Source of the DNA: Gammaproteobacteria bacterium
GTDB lineage: Bacteria; Pseudomonadota; Gammaproteobacteria; UBA4575
Reading direction: 5' to 3'
NCBI GenBank assembly: GCA_965222615.1
Contig: CBDCUI010000008.1
Coordinates: 384,001 to 448,000, forward strand
Length of the DNA stretch: 64,000 nt
Position 1 is the stretch's first letter, and every line of letters begins with the position of its first letter. A program made the translations under genes and the position numbers. Of this stretch, positions 32,709 to 42,502 are shown piece after piece. The notes under the pieces are model-generated. The model searched no databases and was not told the DNA's origin. It saw nothing but the letters and a program-made list of their open reading frames with translations.

Positions 32709-34034
32709 ATGAGAGAAGGTAGCTTAGAAGCGCCTACGCGGCACCCTATTGACTGGCAAGATCCAAAGTTCTATGACGAAGAGGATCTGAATGTCGAGTT
32801 AGAACGTGTGTACGACATCTGTCACGGGTGTCGTCGTTGTGTAAGTCTATGTAATGCCTTCCCAACTTTGTTTGATTTGGTGGATGAGTCTTCTACAATG
32901 GAAGTCGATGGTGTTGCCAAAGAAGATTACATCAAAGTTGTCGACCATTGTTATCTTTGTGATCTTTGTTTTCTAACCAAATGCCCCTACGTGCCACCGC
33001 ATGAATGGAATGTGGATTTCCCACATTTAATGCTGCGCGCCAAGGCAATTAAATACAAAAAGCATGGGGCCACCAAAAGAGACAACATGCTTAGCAATAC
33101 AGATAAGAATGGCAAATTTTTTGGTATTCCCATCGTGGCGCAAACTGTGAATGCGGTTAACAGTAATTCCGTTGCACGCAAGCAAATGCAGAAATCCTTG
33201 GGCATTCACCCTGATGCGTATTTGCCTTCTTATCAAAGTAAATCAGCAAAGAAACAGTTTGGTAATCACCAAACTTCCGTAACTTCTCCAGTTTCTATCG
33301 GCAGTACATCGAGCAAGGTTGCGATCTTTGCAACCTGTTATGGGAATCATAATGAGCCTGAGCTTGTAGGTGATCTTATAAAAATATTTGAGCATAACAA
33401 CATCGCCACTAAACTCATCAAACAAGACAAATGTTGTAGTATGCCAAAACTAGAGTTAGGCGATCTTGAAGCGGTTGCCGTGAACAAGGATCATAATGTC
33501 TCTATCATGCAAGAAGTCATCAATGATGGTTGGGATATAGTCGCACCAATTCCATCTTGTGTATTAATGTTTAAGCAAGAGCTGCCATTGATGTTTCCAA
33601 ACGATGCTGGATTGCAAAAAATACAACAATCGATCTTTGATCCATTTGAATATCTCGCTTTGAGACATAAAGAAGATCAATTACAGACTGATTTTAAAAC
33701 TTCATTGGGGAAAATTTCTTATCACGCGCCTTGCCATTTGCGTGTACAAAACATGGGTAACAAAACTAGAGATATTTTAAATCTGATCCCAGATACTGAA
33801 ATTGAACTCATTGAACGTTGCACAGGTCATGATGGCACCTATGCAGTGAAACAAGAATTTCATGAAGTCTCTATGAAAATTGCACGGCCCGTTGTTAACA
33901 AAATTAAAAAAGCCGAATCTAATTATTTTTCCAGTGATTGTCCATTGGCGGGACATCATTTGGCTAATGGCATGAGAGACAATTCAACACCGACACATCC
34001 AATTACCCTTTTACGAATGGCTTACGGTTTGTGA
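32709..34034 (+). CDS. Rubrerythrin-associated Fe-S oxidoreductase (GlpC/HdrD-like)
   Basis: CHGCRRCVSLC and CYLCDLCFLTKC ferredoxin motifs; CCG-like domains. Confidence 0.88.
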   Translation: MREGSLEAPTRHPIDWQDPKFYDEEDLNVELERVYDICHGCRRCVSLCNAFPTLFDLVDESSTMEVDGVAKEDYIKVVDHCYLCDLCFLTKCPYVPPHEWNVDFPHLMLRAKAIKYKKHGATKRDNMLSNTDKNGKFFGIPIVAQTVNAVNSNSVARKQMQKSLGIHPDAYLPSYQSKSAKKQFGNHQTSVTSPVSIGSTSSKVAIFATCYGNHNEPELVGDLIKIFEHNNIATKLIKQDKCCSMPKLELGDLEAVAVNKDHNVSIMQEVINDGWDIVAPIPSCVLMFKQELPLMFPNDAGLQKIQQSIFDPFEYLALRHKEDQLQTDFKTSLGKISYHAPCHLRVQNMGNKTRDILNLIPDTEIELIERCTGHDGTYAVKQEFHEVSMKIARPVVNKIKKAESNYFSSDCPLAGHHLANGMRDNSTPTHPITLLRMAYGL

Positions 34035-34618
34035 TGCAGAAACTTACTCGACAAGATTTGCATTCACTTGAAGATTACGACGCCATGCGTGATGAATTCC
34101 GTGCGCAAGTCATGCAGCATAAAAAAAGTAGAATTGTACAAGTAGGTCCTAATATCACTATGCACTTTGAAGATCGATTGATCATGCAGTATCAAATCCA
34201 AGAGATGTTGCGTGCAGAACGTATTTTTGAAAGTGATGGGATTCAAGAAGAGTTAGATGCTTATAATCCATTAATACCTGACGGTAGTAACTGGAAGGTT
34301 ACTTTTATGATTGAATTTCCGGACCCAGAGGAGCGTGCTGTAAAGTTACAAGAATTGATTGGAATTGAAGATGTCACCTGGATTCAAGTCAGTGGCTATG
34401 ACAAAGTGTTTCCAATTTGTGATGAGGACTTACCACGAGAAACTGCTGAAAAAACCTCTTCAGTACATTTTATGCGTTTTGAATTAACTCAAGAGATGAT
34501 TAAAGTATTAAAAGACGGAGCAGCATTAAGTATAGGGATTGATCATCCTAAATATCAGCACTCTATAGATGGATTGCCAGGATCTATTCGCGCAGCTTTG
34601 ATAGCAGATTTAGATTAG
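34031..34618 (+). CDS. DUF3501 family protein
   Basis: YQIQEMLRAE, ELDAYNPLIP and KTSSVHF motifs; third gene of the rubrerythrin operon. Confidence 0.88.
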   Translation: MMQKLTRQDLHSLEDYDAMRDEFRAQVMQHKKSRIVQVGPNITMHFEDRLIMQYQIQEMLRAERIFESDGIQEELDAYNPLIPDGSNWKVTFMIEFPDPEERAVKLQELIGIEDVTWIQVSGYDKVFPICDEDLPRETAEKTSSVHFMRFELTQEMIKVLKDGAALSIGIDHPKYQHSIDGLPGSIRAALIADLD

Positions 34619-34649
34619 CTCTAGTATTTTCCCCAGAAGTAAACAACTA

Positions 34650-35060
34650 TTATTCAGTAGGTATTTTAGATAGCATAATTTTTGCATTATGCAACCGCTT
34701 ATAGAGGGGCGCACATTGAGGGAGTATTTGATCAGAAAATTCTGCCTGACTTAAATTGTTTTTAATGGCATATTGTTTTACCAGCCCGATATACATCTCA
34801 CATATCGCGATCTCATTTTCATATCGTTTCTCTTTTCTTGAAAGAACTGCCACTTGTTCAAAATATTTTGGAGAAGGCATAAGGCCTGAATCTTCAGCTT
34901 TTTGAATTTCATCCCTGCAATTTTTAACGACACCGTGAATGTCTATGGATGAAGATTGCATCTTTTTTGCAACTGATGAAGAAGTTTTTTCAATTACTTT
35001 TTTGAGAATAGTGTCCAGCTTACTCATGTCATCATGTGTTCCCTTTATGATGTAAGACAA
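34650..35060 (-). CDS. Hypothetical protein
   Basis: 136-aa ORF with helical TPR-like segment (PSPKYFEQVAVLSRKEKRYENEIAICEMYI); start may be the ATG at 35027. Confidence 0.6.
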   Translation of the reverse strand: MSYIIKGTHDDMSKLDTILKKVIEKTSSSVAKKMQSSSIDIHGVVKNCRDEIQKAEDSGLMPSPKYFEQVAVLSRKEKRYENEIAICEMYIGLVKQYAIKNNLSQAEFSDQILPQCAPLYKRLHNAKIMLSKIPTE

Positions 35061-35356
35061 AATTAGAACAAGTAACTATGAGAGCGACAAAATTCTCGAT
35101 AGACGGCTAATAATAATCTCCGAAATGATACTTGCTTAAGAGAAACTATAATTTATTGGCAAACTGTAAAAAAATGTAAACAACAGATTCTGTGTCTAGA
35201 TGCATGTTTTCAGTAACTTAATAAGCTTTTAATAGCAGCTTATGCCTTATTTTCATACTTTTAGGCAAACTAGTCGAAGTAATTACTTGAACCTAATGCC
35301 AATATGCGGCTCTATCAATTAGATCTACATATGCGATTTTAGTTAAGGGGTGATTT

Positions 35357-35866
35357 ATGTCTAAGCAATTTACGTTGATTATTTTTGCAATGCTATCCAT
35401 GTTTGCGTTTAATAATGCGGTAGCAGACCAACATAAAGATAAACATATCGATAAACAACAGCACAAAGAGATGAAAAAGGCCGCTAAAGACGAGCGAAAG
35501 TCACATAAAGATAACAAACATAAGAAAGACCATGATGATGAAGATGATGATCATGATCATGATAGAGATCATCATAAAGATAAAGACATGGATCGAGAGC
35601 ATGACGATGATGATCATAAAAAAGAACATCGCAAAGATAAAAAACATGAAAAACATCATGATAGAGATCATGGCGACGATGACGATGACCATGACGAGGA
35701 TTATGATGACCACGATGTGGATAAGGATAAGCACAGTAATAAAGGCTTAGAAAAACAACGCGAGAAAAAAGCCAATCAAGAGCGCAAAGAGCTAGGTAAA
35801 GGCTCAGAACAAGGTCAGGCCTCAAGGGAAGCGCACAGTAGAAAATGGTGGAAGTTTTGGGAATAG
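35357..35866 (+). CDS. Secreted His/Asp/Lys-rich low-complexity protein
   Basis: Signal peptide (AVA-D), long HDD/KDH tract, C-terminal RKWWKFWE; GGGGTG SD. Confidence 0.8.
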   Translation: MSKQFTLIIFAMLSMFAFNNAVADQHKDKHIDKQQHKEMKKAAKDERKSHKDNKHKKDHDDEDDDHDHDRDHHKDKDMDREHDDDDHKKEHRKDKKHEKHHDRDHGDDDDDHDEDYDDHDVDKDKHSNKGLEKQREKKANQERKELGKGSEQGQASREAHSRKWWKFWE

Positions 35867-36026
35867 TAAATTTGTGGGTTTAAACTAAAAACACACCTTA
35901 ATTAGGTCGTTTTTTATTGAGTAAGACAAACTTTATATTATTCTGTGAACTAGCACACTTTTTGCATTGATGCTGTTGCCTATGATATTGGCTTGGTTCT
36001 CAGCATTTTTACTATGGAAGGTTTAG

Positions 36027-36290
36027 ATGAAAAAGGATAAGCGTACAACCAAGGCAAGGCGAAAGTTTTTAAAAGCTGCGGGAAAATTTGCGGTATATAC
36101 CCCTCCGGCGCTCCTGATGATGACTAATGCAAGTGCAAAGGGATTTGTAAACTCAATGGGTAAATGTAATCAGGGTGTAGGTGCTCCTGTTGTCAATGAT
36201 GGATGTCAACCTGGCCATTCAGGGGATGTACTCAATAATGACGATTTTCCAGGTGCCGGTGCAGGTAACCCCGGCGCGCGTAACAAGTAA
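36027..36290 (+). CDS. Small protein with twin-arginine-like leader and Gly/Asn/Pro-rich core with two Cys
   Basis: ARRKFLKAAGKFAVYTPPALLMM...ASA; GGAAGG SD; downstream hairpin at 36306-36340. Confidence 0.75.
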   Translation: MKKDKRTTKARRKFLKAAGKFAVYTPPALLMMTNASAKGFVNSMGKCNQGVGAPVVNDGCQPGHSGDVLNNDDFPGAGAGNPGARNK

Positions 36291-36389
36291 TTGACTTAAA
36301 AATTAATGCGCTATCTATTCAGCAGAAATAGTTGGCGCATAGTTGTTCTTTCCTAAAATAAAAAAATATAAAGCTTTTTATTCGCTAGA

Positions 36390-37238
36390 TTATTCAGATT
36401 TAGGTGCATGTTTTGGCAGTGCATCAAATTCAATTTGCTCTTTTCCATTGTAAACAAGAAAGGCTTTGCCTTTGGCGCGAGCAACCATAACGATGCCTAG
36501 GTCACGTGCAAGTTCGAGGCCCATATTGGTAACGCCAGAACGCGATAGTAAAACTGGGATGCCCATACTGGCGGATTTCATGACCATCTCTGATGTTAAA
36601 CGCCCCGTAGTGTAAAAAATTTTATCATCACCTTGTTGGTGTTCTAACCACATCCAACCGGATATGGCATCGGCAGCATTGTGTCGACCTACGTCTTCTA
36701 CAAATTTTAAAATCTCAGTGTCTTTGCACAGTGCGCAGCCGTGTACTGCACCGGCTTTTTTATAAATTTCGTTATATTTTGTGATTGCAGCAAGTAATTC
36801 ATAAATTTTAGATTGTTTAAGTGAAACTCTAGGTAGTTTTGCGTCATAGAGTTTATCGATCGTACAGCTAAATACTGTACCTTGGCCACAACCTGAGGTA
36901 ACTGTACGTTTGCTTAATTTTTCTTCCCAGTCAGTAATTTCTTTGCCGGGCAAAAGTTTTACATTTACAAGCTCTTTGTCCCAATTGACATTTACCGATT
37001 CAATATCCGTAATTTCTTCTAGCAAGCGTTGATTGCGCAAGTAACCGAGCGCAAGCTCTTCTGGATGCGTGCCTAAAGTCATTAAAGTGACAATTTCTCG
37101 ATCGTTTACTTTTAATGTTAAAGGTGACTCGCCAGCTATGTGCACTTCTTTTTTGTCACCAAACTGATTGATTGCAGTTACTGCATGGGTAGGTGCTAAT
37201 CCTTCACGTGACATATGCGGGCGATAGGCTTTATCCAT
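36390..37238 (-). CDS. fdhD: Formate dehydrogenase accessory sulfurtransferase FdhD
   Basis: TVTSGCGQG, GAVHGCAL, EDVGRHNAAD and TTGRLTSEMV motifs; start taken as the ATG at 37238. Confidence 0.92.
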   Translation of the reverse strand: MDKAYRPHMSREGLAPTHAVTAINQFGDKKEVHIAGESPLTLKVNDREIVTLMTLGTHPEELALGYLRNQRLLEEITDIESVNVNWDKELVNVKLLPGKEITDWEEKLSKRTVTSGCGQGTVFSCTIDKLYDAKLPRVSLKQSKIYELLAAITKYNEIYKKAGAVHGCALCKDTEILKFVEDVGRHNAADAISGWMWLEHQQGDDKIFYTTGRLTSEMVMKSASMGIPVLLSRSGVTNMGLELARDLGIVMVARAKGKAFLVYNGKEQIEFDALPKHAPKSE

Positions 37239-37254
37239 ACTTACGTATCTATTC

Positions 37255-38607
37255 TTAAAGGGCTTGTTCGAGAGCTTGGGCAAGTTTATCTACAGCGATA
37301 ATTTCAAGATCAGGAATTTTTTCTTTAGGTTTGTTTGCACTTGGAATAATCGCTTTTTTAAAACCATGTTCTTTGGCTTCTTTCAATCTGGCTAATCCGT
37401 TATAGACGGGGCGAATTTCTCCAGTTAAGCCCACTTCACCGAATATGACTAATTTTCGGTCGAGTGCTTGATCTCTGAAACTGGAATAAGCAGCCAAGAG
37501 TACAGCTAAATCTGCACCTGTTTCTTTTAATTGTACACCGCCTACAATATTTACAAATACATCTTTATCATAAATCGCGATACCGCCATGTCGGTGTAAG
37601 ATTGCTAGCAACATAGTCAAACGATTTTGTTCAATGCCCAGTGACACACGCCGCGCATGTCCAGTGGGGTTATCGTCAACCAATGTTTGAACTTCAAGTA
37701 ATAGAGGGCGCGTTGCTTCACAAGTAACTGTAATAACGCTGCCTGGGGTATGTTCACTACGTTGCGCTAAAAAAATGGCAGATGGATTTTTAACTCCTTT
37801 GAGACCAGTATCTTGCATGGCAAATACACCCAGCTCGTTCACTGCACCAAATCGATTTTTCACAGCGCGTAACACACGATAGCGTCCACCTTCATCACCT
37901 TCAAAATACAAAACCGTGTCGACAACGTGTTCTAAAACTCTTGGTCCTGCTATAGAGCCATCTTTGGTGACATGACCAACCACAAACACAGTGGTATTCG
38001 TCTGTTTGGCAAATTGGGTAATTTGACTGGCACACTCGCGTACTTGTGAAACCGAACCAGCTGCCGAAGGTGTTTTTTCTGAGGATAAAGTTTGAATCGA
38101 GTCAATCACTATAATGTTTGGTCGTTCACGCATGGCATTCGCTAGGATTTCTTCTAAATTATTAGATGCAATAACGCGTAACTTAGATTCTTTATAACCA
38201 AGACGTTCTGCGCGTAAGGCAACTTGTTGTAAAGATTCTTCACCGGTGACATACAAGGCGCGTTCGCGGTCGAGTGAGCTCAATACTTGCAATAGTAAAG
38301 TTGATTTTCCAATACCTGGATTGCCTCCAACTAGAATCACTGATCCAGAGACAATGCCGCCTCCTAGTACACGGTCTAACTCAGCAAGAGGAGTTTTAAT
38401 ACGGTCGTGAGTTTCACAAGTGATCTCACTAATGGTCTGTACTTCATTAATATCACCGGCTAATGCAAACGAACTGGTTTTTTGTTTTTGAAAAACGGCG
38501 GCTTGTTTTTCAATAGAATTCCATGCACCACAATCAGGACATTGCCCAACCCATTTGGTGAACAAACCAGAACACTCTGTGCATATAAAACTAAGTTCTT
38601 TCGCCAT
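37255..38607 (-). CDS. radA: DNA repair protein RadA/Sms
   Basis: C4 zinc finger, GNPGIGKST, KNRFG motif, Lon-like C-terminus. Confidence 0.97.
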   Translation of the reverse strand: MAKELSFICTECSGLFTKWVGQCPDCGAWNSIEKQAAVFQKQKTSSFALAGDINEVQTISEITCETHDRIKTPLAELDRVLGGGIVSGSVILVGGNPGIGKSTLLLQVLSSLDRERALYVTGEESLQQVALRAERLGYKESKLRVIASNNLEEILANAMRERPNIIVIDSIQTLSSEKTPSAAGSVSQVRECASQITQFAKQTNTTVFVVGHVTKDGSIAGPRVLEHVVDTVLYFEGDEGGRYRVLRAVKNRFGAVNELGVFAMQDTGLKGVKNPSAIFLAQRSEHTPGSVITVTCEATRPLLLEVQTLVDDNPTGHARRVSLGIEQNRLTMLLAILHRHGGIAIYDKDVFVNIVGGVQLKETGADLAVLLAAYSSFRDQALDRKLVIFGEVGLTGEIRPVYNGLARLKEAKEHGFKKAIIPSANKPKEKIPDLEIIAVDKLAQALEQAL

Positions 38608-38711
38608 ACGAGTATTGTAATCTATTGTTCAAGCTAGTGAATTAGCCCAAGAGTACGGTATGGATAGTCCATGCTATAAAGATGGGTTAATATTTATTGT
38701 CTATTTATCAG

Positions 38712-38975
38712 CTGGGTATTCGAACCCAGAGTCGAGGAACTTTTGTTTCGGCAATAGCGAGTACAAGGAAGTACGAGTGAGAGTTCGCATTATGGATGTT
38801 GCGTTCAATTAAAGTAGCTGCTTCTTCCAAAACCATTTGCGCCGAACATCACGTATTTCCTCGAATGCTCGGTCTTTTCGGTGGCTCACGAACTCACTAC
38901 GCTCAAACATGCGCTCGCCTTTTTCCGAAAAGCCCTTGCGCTTCTCGGCGTGATGTAATGCGCGGATTAAGAGCT
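38712..38975. repeat. GC-richer multi-hairpin intergenic element (REP/MITE-like), single copy in the window
   Basis: Hairpins CTGGGT..ACCCAG and GTAC-AAGGAA-GTAC; stems CATCACG/CGTGATG and CTTTTCGG/CCGAAAAG. Confidence 0.45.
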
Positions 38976-39071
38976 GCTATATTTAGACCTTAATGACTGT
39001 TAACGACTGCCACCTCAACCGAAAGCAGTCATTCATGATCGAGGTTCATAAACAAAGCGCCTCTTTAACGA

Positions 39072-39318
39072 CCCCATCCAACTTGATGAGCGACATCGAA
39101 AGTAACGGTAGGTAAAACAGCCAGGGATGGCTGTTTTAGGCGTGTTGTGCCTGGATGGTATCATCATGCCGGCCAACGTTACTCGATGTCGTGAGTGAAC
39201 TCGAAGAGCAAGTTGGTAGGGTGTCTTTTCTTTTGGTTCGTTTTCTTTGGACAAGCAAAGAAAATGAACATATATACCTGAGGGGTGCTAATAAATGAAC
39301 TGAACGTTCACTTCTTGC
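39072..39318. repeat. Structured dispersed repeat, copy 2
   Basis: Same conserved 3' block as copies 1 and 3; nested stems CCAACTTG/CAAGTTGG and GACATCGA/TCGATGTC; hairpin AAAACAGCC-AGGGAT-GGCTGTTTT. Confidence 0.8.
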
Positions 39319-39335
39319 AGGGATAAAGAAAGAAA

Positions 39336-40613
39336 CTAAGCGACTTCTTCGTGCTGTGGTAAACGAGGGCTGATACGTACTGTACGTACTGCGTTATTTT
39401 GAATTTGCACAACTTCAATGGGGTAGCCATCAATCAGCACACTAGTGCCAGGCTCTGGAATCGATTCCATATGTTCTAGCACTAAGCCATTTATAGTTTT
39501 AGGACCGTGGTCATGAAGCTCCCAGGCAAGCACTTTATTTATGTCTCGAATATGTGTGCTGCCATCGACTACATACGTGCCATCTTCTTGAGGATGAATT
39601 TCAATGTCATAAGTGGCAGGGTCATTGGTAAATTCACCCACAATTTCTTCAAGTAAGTCTTCTAAGGTAACCAGTCCTTGAATGTCTCCAAACTCATCGA
39701 CGACTAAACTAAAACGACGTTTTTTATTTTGAAACTCGAATAAAAGTTTTTTTAAGTTTGTGCCTTCGGGTATAAAGTAGGGTTCGCGTAAAGCTTGTTC
39801 AAGGTCTTCCAATTCAAGATCTTTATGAACGATGTTTAGCAAAAGTTTTCGTAAATGTAAAAAGCCCACGACATTATCGATGTTGCCACGATACACAGGT
39901 AGTCTTGTGTAAGAAATGTTTTTTAATTGTTTAACTATTTCTTCCCAACTGTCATCTAAGTCGATCCCTACGATTTCATTTTTAGGAATCATGATATCTT
40001 CAACTGTTTCTTTTTCTAAATCTAATACTCCTAACAACATTTTTTGATGTTCGCTGGATATAGATGTGCCTGTGTCATTGACTACGGTACGTAGTTCTTC
40101 ATGTGTAAGTGATGTTAATGGGTTTTCTTTGACATCGACCCCGAAAAGATGTAGCAAGGAATTCGCAAACAAATTAACCGTCCATACAAAAGGATATGCA
40201 AGAGTTAGTAAAGGCGTATAAATAATAGCAGCGGGGAGTGCAAATTTTTCAGAATGTAATGCCGCAAGTGTTTTAGGAGTAAGTTCCGCAAAAATTAGAA
40301 TCGCAAATATTAATATGAAAGTAGCGATAGCAATTCCCACATCACCATGTAAACGATATCCTATATATGCAGAAAGTTGTGCAATTAGAATATTGACAAT
40401 GTTATTGCCAAGTAAAATGAGACCAATTAAACGGTCAGGTTTTTCTAGAAGTTTTTGCGCTTGTTTAGCGCCACGATGACCAGTGCTAACTAAATGACGC
40501 AGGCGGTAACGATTAAGCGCCATTAATGCAGTTTCTGAGCCAGAAAAAAATGCAGAGAGAATAAATAAAATGAACAACACTAAAAATAGTGTGCTTATCG
40601 AATACTCGTCCAA
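39336..40613 (-). CDS. CNNM/CorB (YfjD-like) HlyC/CorC family transporter
   Basis: SAFFSGSETA DUF21 motif, CBS pair (VVDEFGDIQGLVTLEDLLEEIVG), CorC domain. Confidence 0.93.
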   Translation of the reverse strand: MDEYSISTLFLVLFILFILSAFFSGSETALMALNRYRLRHLVSTGHRGAKQAQKLLEKPDRLIGLILLGNNIVNILIAQLSAYIGYRLHGDVGIAIATFILIFAILIFAELTPKTLAALHSEKFALPAAIIYTPLLTLAYPFVWTVNLFANSLLHLFGVDVKENPLTSLTHEELRTVVNDTGTSISSEHQKMLLGVLDLEKETVEDIMIPKNEIVGIDLDDSWEEIVKQLKNISYTRLPVYRGNIDNVVGFLHLRKLLLNIVHKDLELEDLEQALREPYFIPEGTNLKKLLFEFQNKKRRFSLVVDEFGDIQGLVTLEDLLEEIVGEFTNDPATYDIEIHPQEDGTYVVDGSTHIRDINKVLAWELHDHGPKTINGLVLEHMESIPEPGTSVLIDGYPIEVVQIQNNAVRTVRISPRLPQHEEVA

Positions 40614-40673
40614 GGTCTATGCGACCCTCCAGTAATAAACACACATATATTAACTGCCTTGCGGCGAAAATTG

Positions 40674-41501
40674 TCAAGTGACTGGTATGGTGGTTACCCT
40701 ATGCAGTATTATTTCTTGGACAAACATACTGCCTAAATAGGCCAAAATGAGGAATGTGAAGCCGCCTAGTGTCCAGCGTATTGCCATTCGTCCGCGCCAG
40801 CCAAATTGCCAACGGCCCCATAATAATACCGCGAATAGAACCCATGCCATACAAGATAGGATGGTCTTATGTGCAATATCTTGTTCGAACATGTTTTCTA
40901 AAAACAAAAAACCACTCGCAAGTGCGATACTTAATAAGATGAAACCCACAGTAATAGTTTGGAATAAAAATTTTTCTGTATCATGTAACGGCGGTAACGC
41001 ACGGGTAATTCCACCTATACTATGTTTGCGTAAGTGACGATCTTGAGTAAACAACAAGATAGATTGTAATGCAGAAATCGTTAATACACTGAACGCAAAT
41101 AGCGATGTTACAACATGTATCTGTAAGCCGTGTAAATTTGAAGTGGATGCAATTACTTCTGGCTTAACAATCGTCAATGCGACACCCACTATAACAATAG
41201 GTAAAATAATTAAACCTAAAAACTCTGTTTTTTTACTGATCGACAACAAAAAAATAAGCAGGGAGATGAGAAAGAGAACCATCGAAACTGAATTATAAAA
41301 GGTAAAATTCAAGCCGTGTATTGTGAAGGTTTGTGGATAAAGATGGCTGGCATGCAATAAACATGCAATGGCCCATAGAGCTAGCATTAAGCCACGTTTT
41401 TCAGAAATCCCGCTATCAGTAATTCGATGTGTGCGCCACAATATCAACACGAAAGTCAGGGCATAGAATAGGATGGTGCTGTATTTTATGATGCTTGACA
41501 T
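40674..41501 (-). CDS. Cytochrome c assembly family inner membrane protein (YpjD-like)
   Basis: LPPL..TE, HKTILS, LLWGRWQFGWRGR and LAYLGS motifs. Confidence 0.88.
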   Translation of the reverse strand: MSSIIKYSTILFYALTFVLILWRTHRITDSGISEKRGLMLALWAIACLLHASHLYPQTFTIHGLNFTFYNSVSMVLFLISLLIFLLSISKKTEFLGLIILPIVIVGVALTIVKPEVIASTSNLHGLQIHVVTSLFAFSVLTISALQSILLFTQDRHLRKHSIGGITRALPPLHDTEKFLFQTITVGFILLSIALASGFLFLENMFEQDIAHKTILSCMAWVLFAVLLWGRWQFGWRGRMAIRWTLGGFTFLILAYLGSMFVQEIILHRVTTIPVT

Positions 41502-41671
41502 TGCCAGAGTGACTTATTTCACTAAATTAAGAGATTTGTGTGATAAGAAATAGCTGAACTGGGTCAATAGTCTGAATCTCATGGCACAATATACAAATTG
41601 AAGTGAGATAGATTAGACATTTCTGCTCATTTTGCAATGATAACATTAATTGATTTTTTATTATTAATTCT

Positions 41672-42439
41672 ATGAAACTACGCGTCCTGGGTTGCAGTGG
41701 TGGTATTGGTTTAGGTCTTAAGACCACCTCGCTATTGTTAGATGATTCTGTGCTGATTGACTGTGGCACAGGCCTTGGAGAGCTGTCTCTTGAAGAAATG
41801 TCCAAGTTACAGCACGTCTTTATTACGCATAGTCACTTAGACCATATTGCAATGTTGCCTATGCTACTGGATACCATCTATGACCATCTGGTAGTTAGAC
41901 CACTTACTTTGCACTGTAAACAAGAAACTTTTAATATTTTGTCTAAGCACATTTTTAATTGGGATGTGTGGCCTAACTTTTTTGAACTGCCGAATACAAA
42001 GACCCCTGTTATCGTATATGAGTCAATGCAGCCAGGTGATTGTATAGAATTTCAAGATAAAGTCATTAAGATGGTTGAAGTTAACCATGCTGTACCAGCC
42101 TCAGCATATATTATTAATAATGGTCAGGCATCTATGGCCTTTAGTGGCGATACCTTTACAAATGATTCTCTGTGGAATGCATTGAATGAAGAACCACGCG
42201 TGGATGCAATTATTGTAGAGTGTGGATTTACCAATGAAGATGCGAATATTAGTCGCGATGCTAAACATTATTATCCAAATGCACTGGCGGAAGACCTAGC
42301 CAAGCTTAACCACCGTCCTAAAATATATATTTCTCATTTGCAGCCGGGTAATGAAGAAGAGATCGTTAAACAGCTCAAAACAGCTATATCAGATTTTGAT
42401 ATCCAACAACTCTCAAGTGGCGACGTAATTTCGCTATAA
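41672..42439 (+). CDS. MBL-fold 3',5'-cyclic-nucleotide phosphodiesterase (class II-like)
   Basis: LRVLGCSGGIG, THSHLDHI, HIFNWDVWPNF, FSGDT and ISHL motifs. Confidence 0.82.
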   Translation: MKLRVLGCSGGIGLGLKTTSLLLDDSVLIDCGTGLGELSLEEMSKLQHVFITHSHLDHIAMLPMLLDTIYDHLVVRPLTLHCKQETFNILSKHIFNWDVWPNFFELPNTKTPVIVYESMQPGDCIEFQDKVIKMVEVNHAVPASAYIINNGQASMAFSGDTFTNDSLWNALNEEPRVDAIIVECGFTNEDANISRDAKHYYPNALAEDLAKLNHRPKIYISHLQPGNEEEIVKQLKTAISDFDIQQLSSGDVISL

Positions 42440-42502
42440 TACATTTTTAAAACTAATAACCTTTTCGTTAACCATGTTGATTAGATGCATGGTGAATAAT
42501 GT

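Noticed and set aside
32211-34618. Rubrerythrin / Fe-S oxidoreductase / DUF3501 operon as a novel system
   Set aside because: This three-gene aerobic-type rubrerythrin cluster is already described; only its upstream operator is flagged.
35484-35825. Alternative-frame ORFs (Met/Ile-rich or His-rich) over the His/Asp-rich gene
   Set aside because: They are shadows of the low-complexity GAT/CAT repeats; only the plus-strand 169-aa frame has an SD and signal peptide.
35950-35967. Sigma-54-like motif CTAGCACACTTTTTGCAT upstream of the Tat-like peptide
   Set aside because: The invariant -24 GG is AG, so the evidence is insufficient.
38796-39254. ORFs 38796-38993 and 39033-39254, and likewise 50306-50524
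   Set aside because: They lie within the structured repeats. The shared peptide SKENEPKEKTP is just the translated repeat block, so they are probably non-coding.
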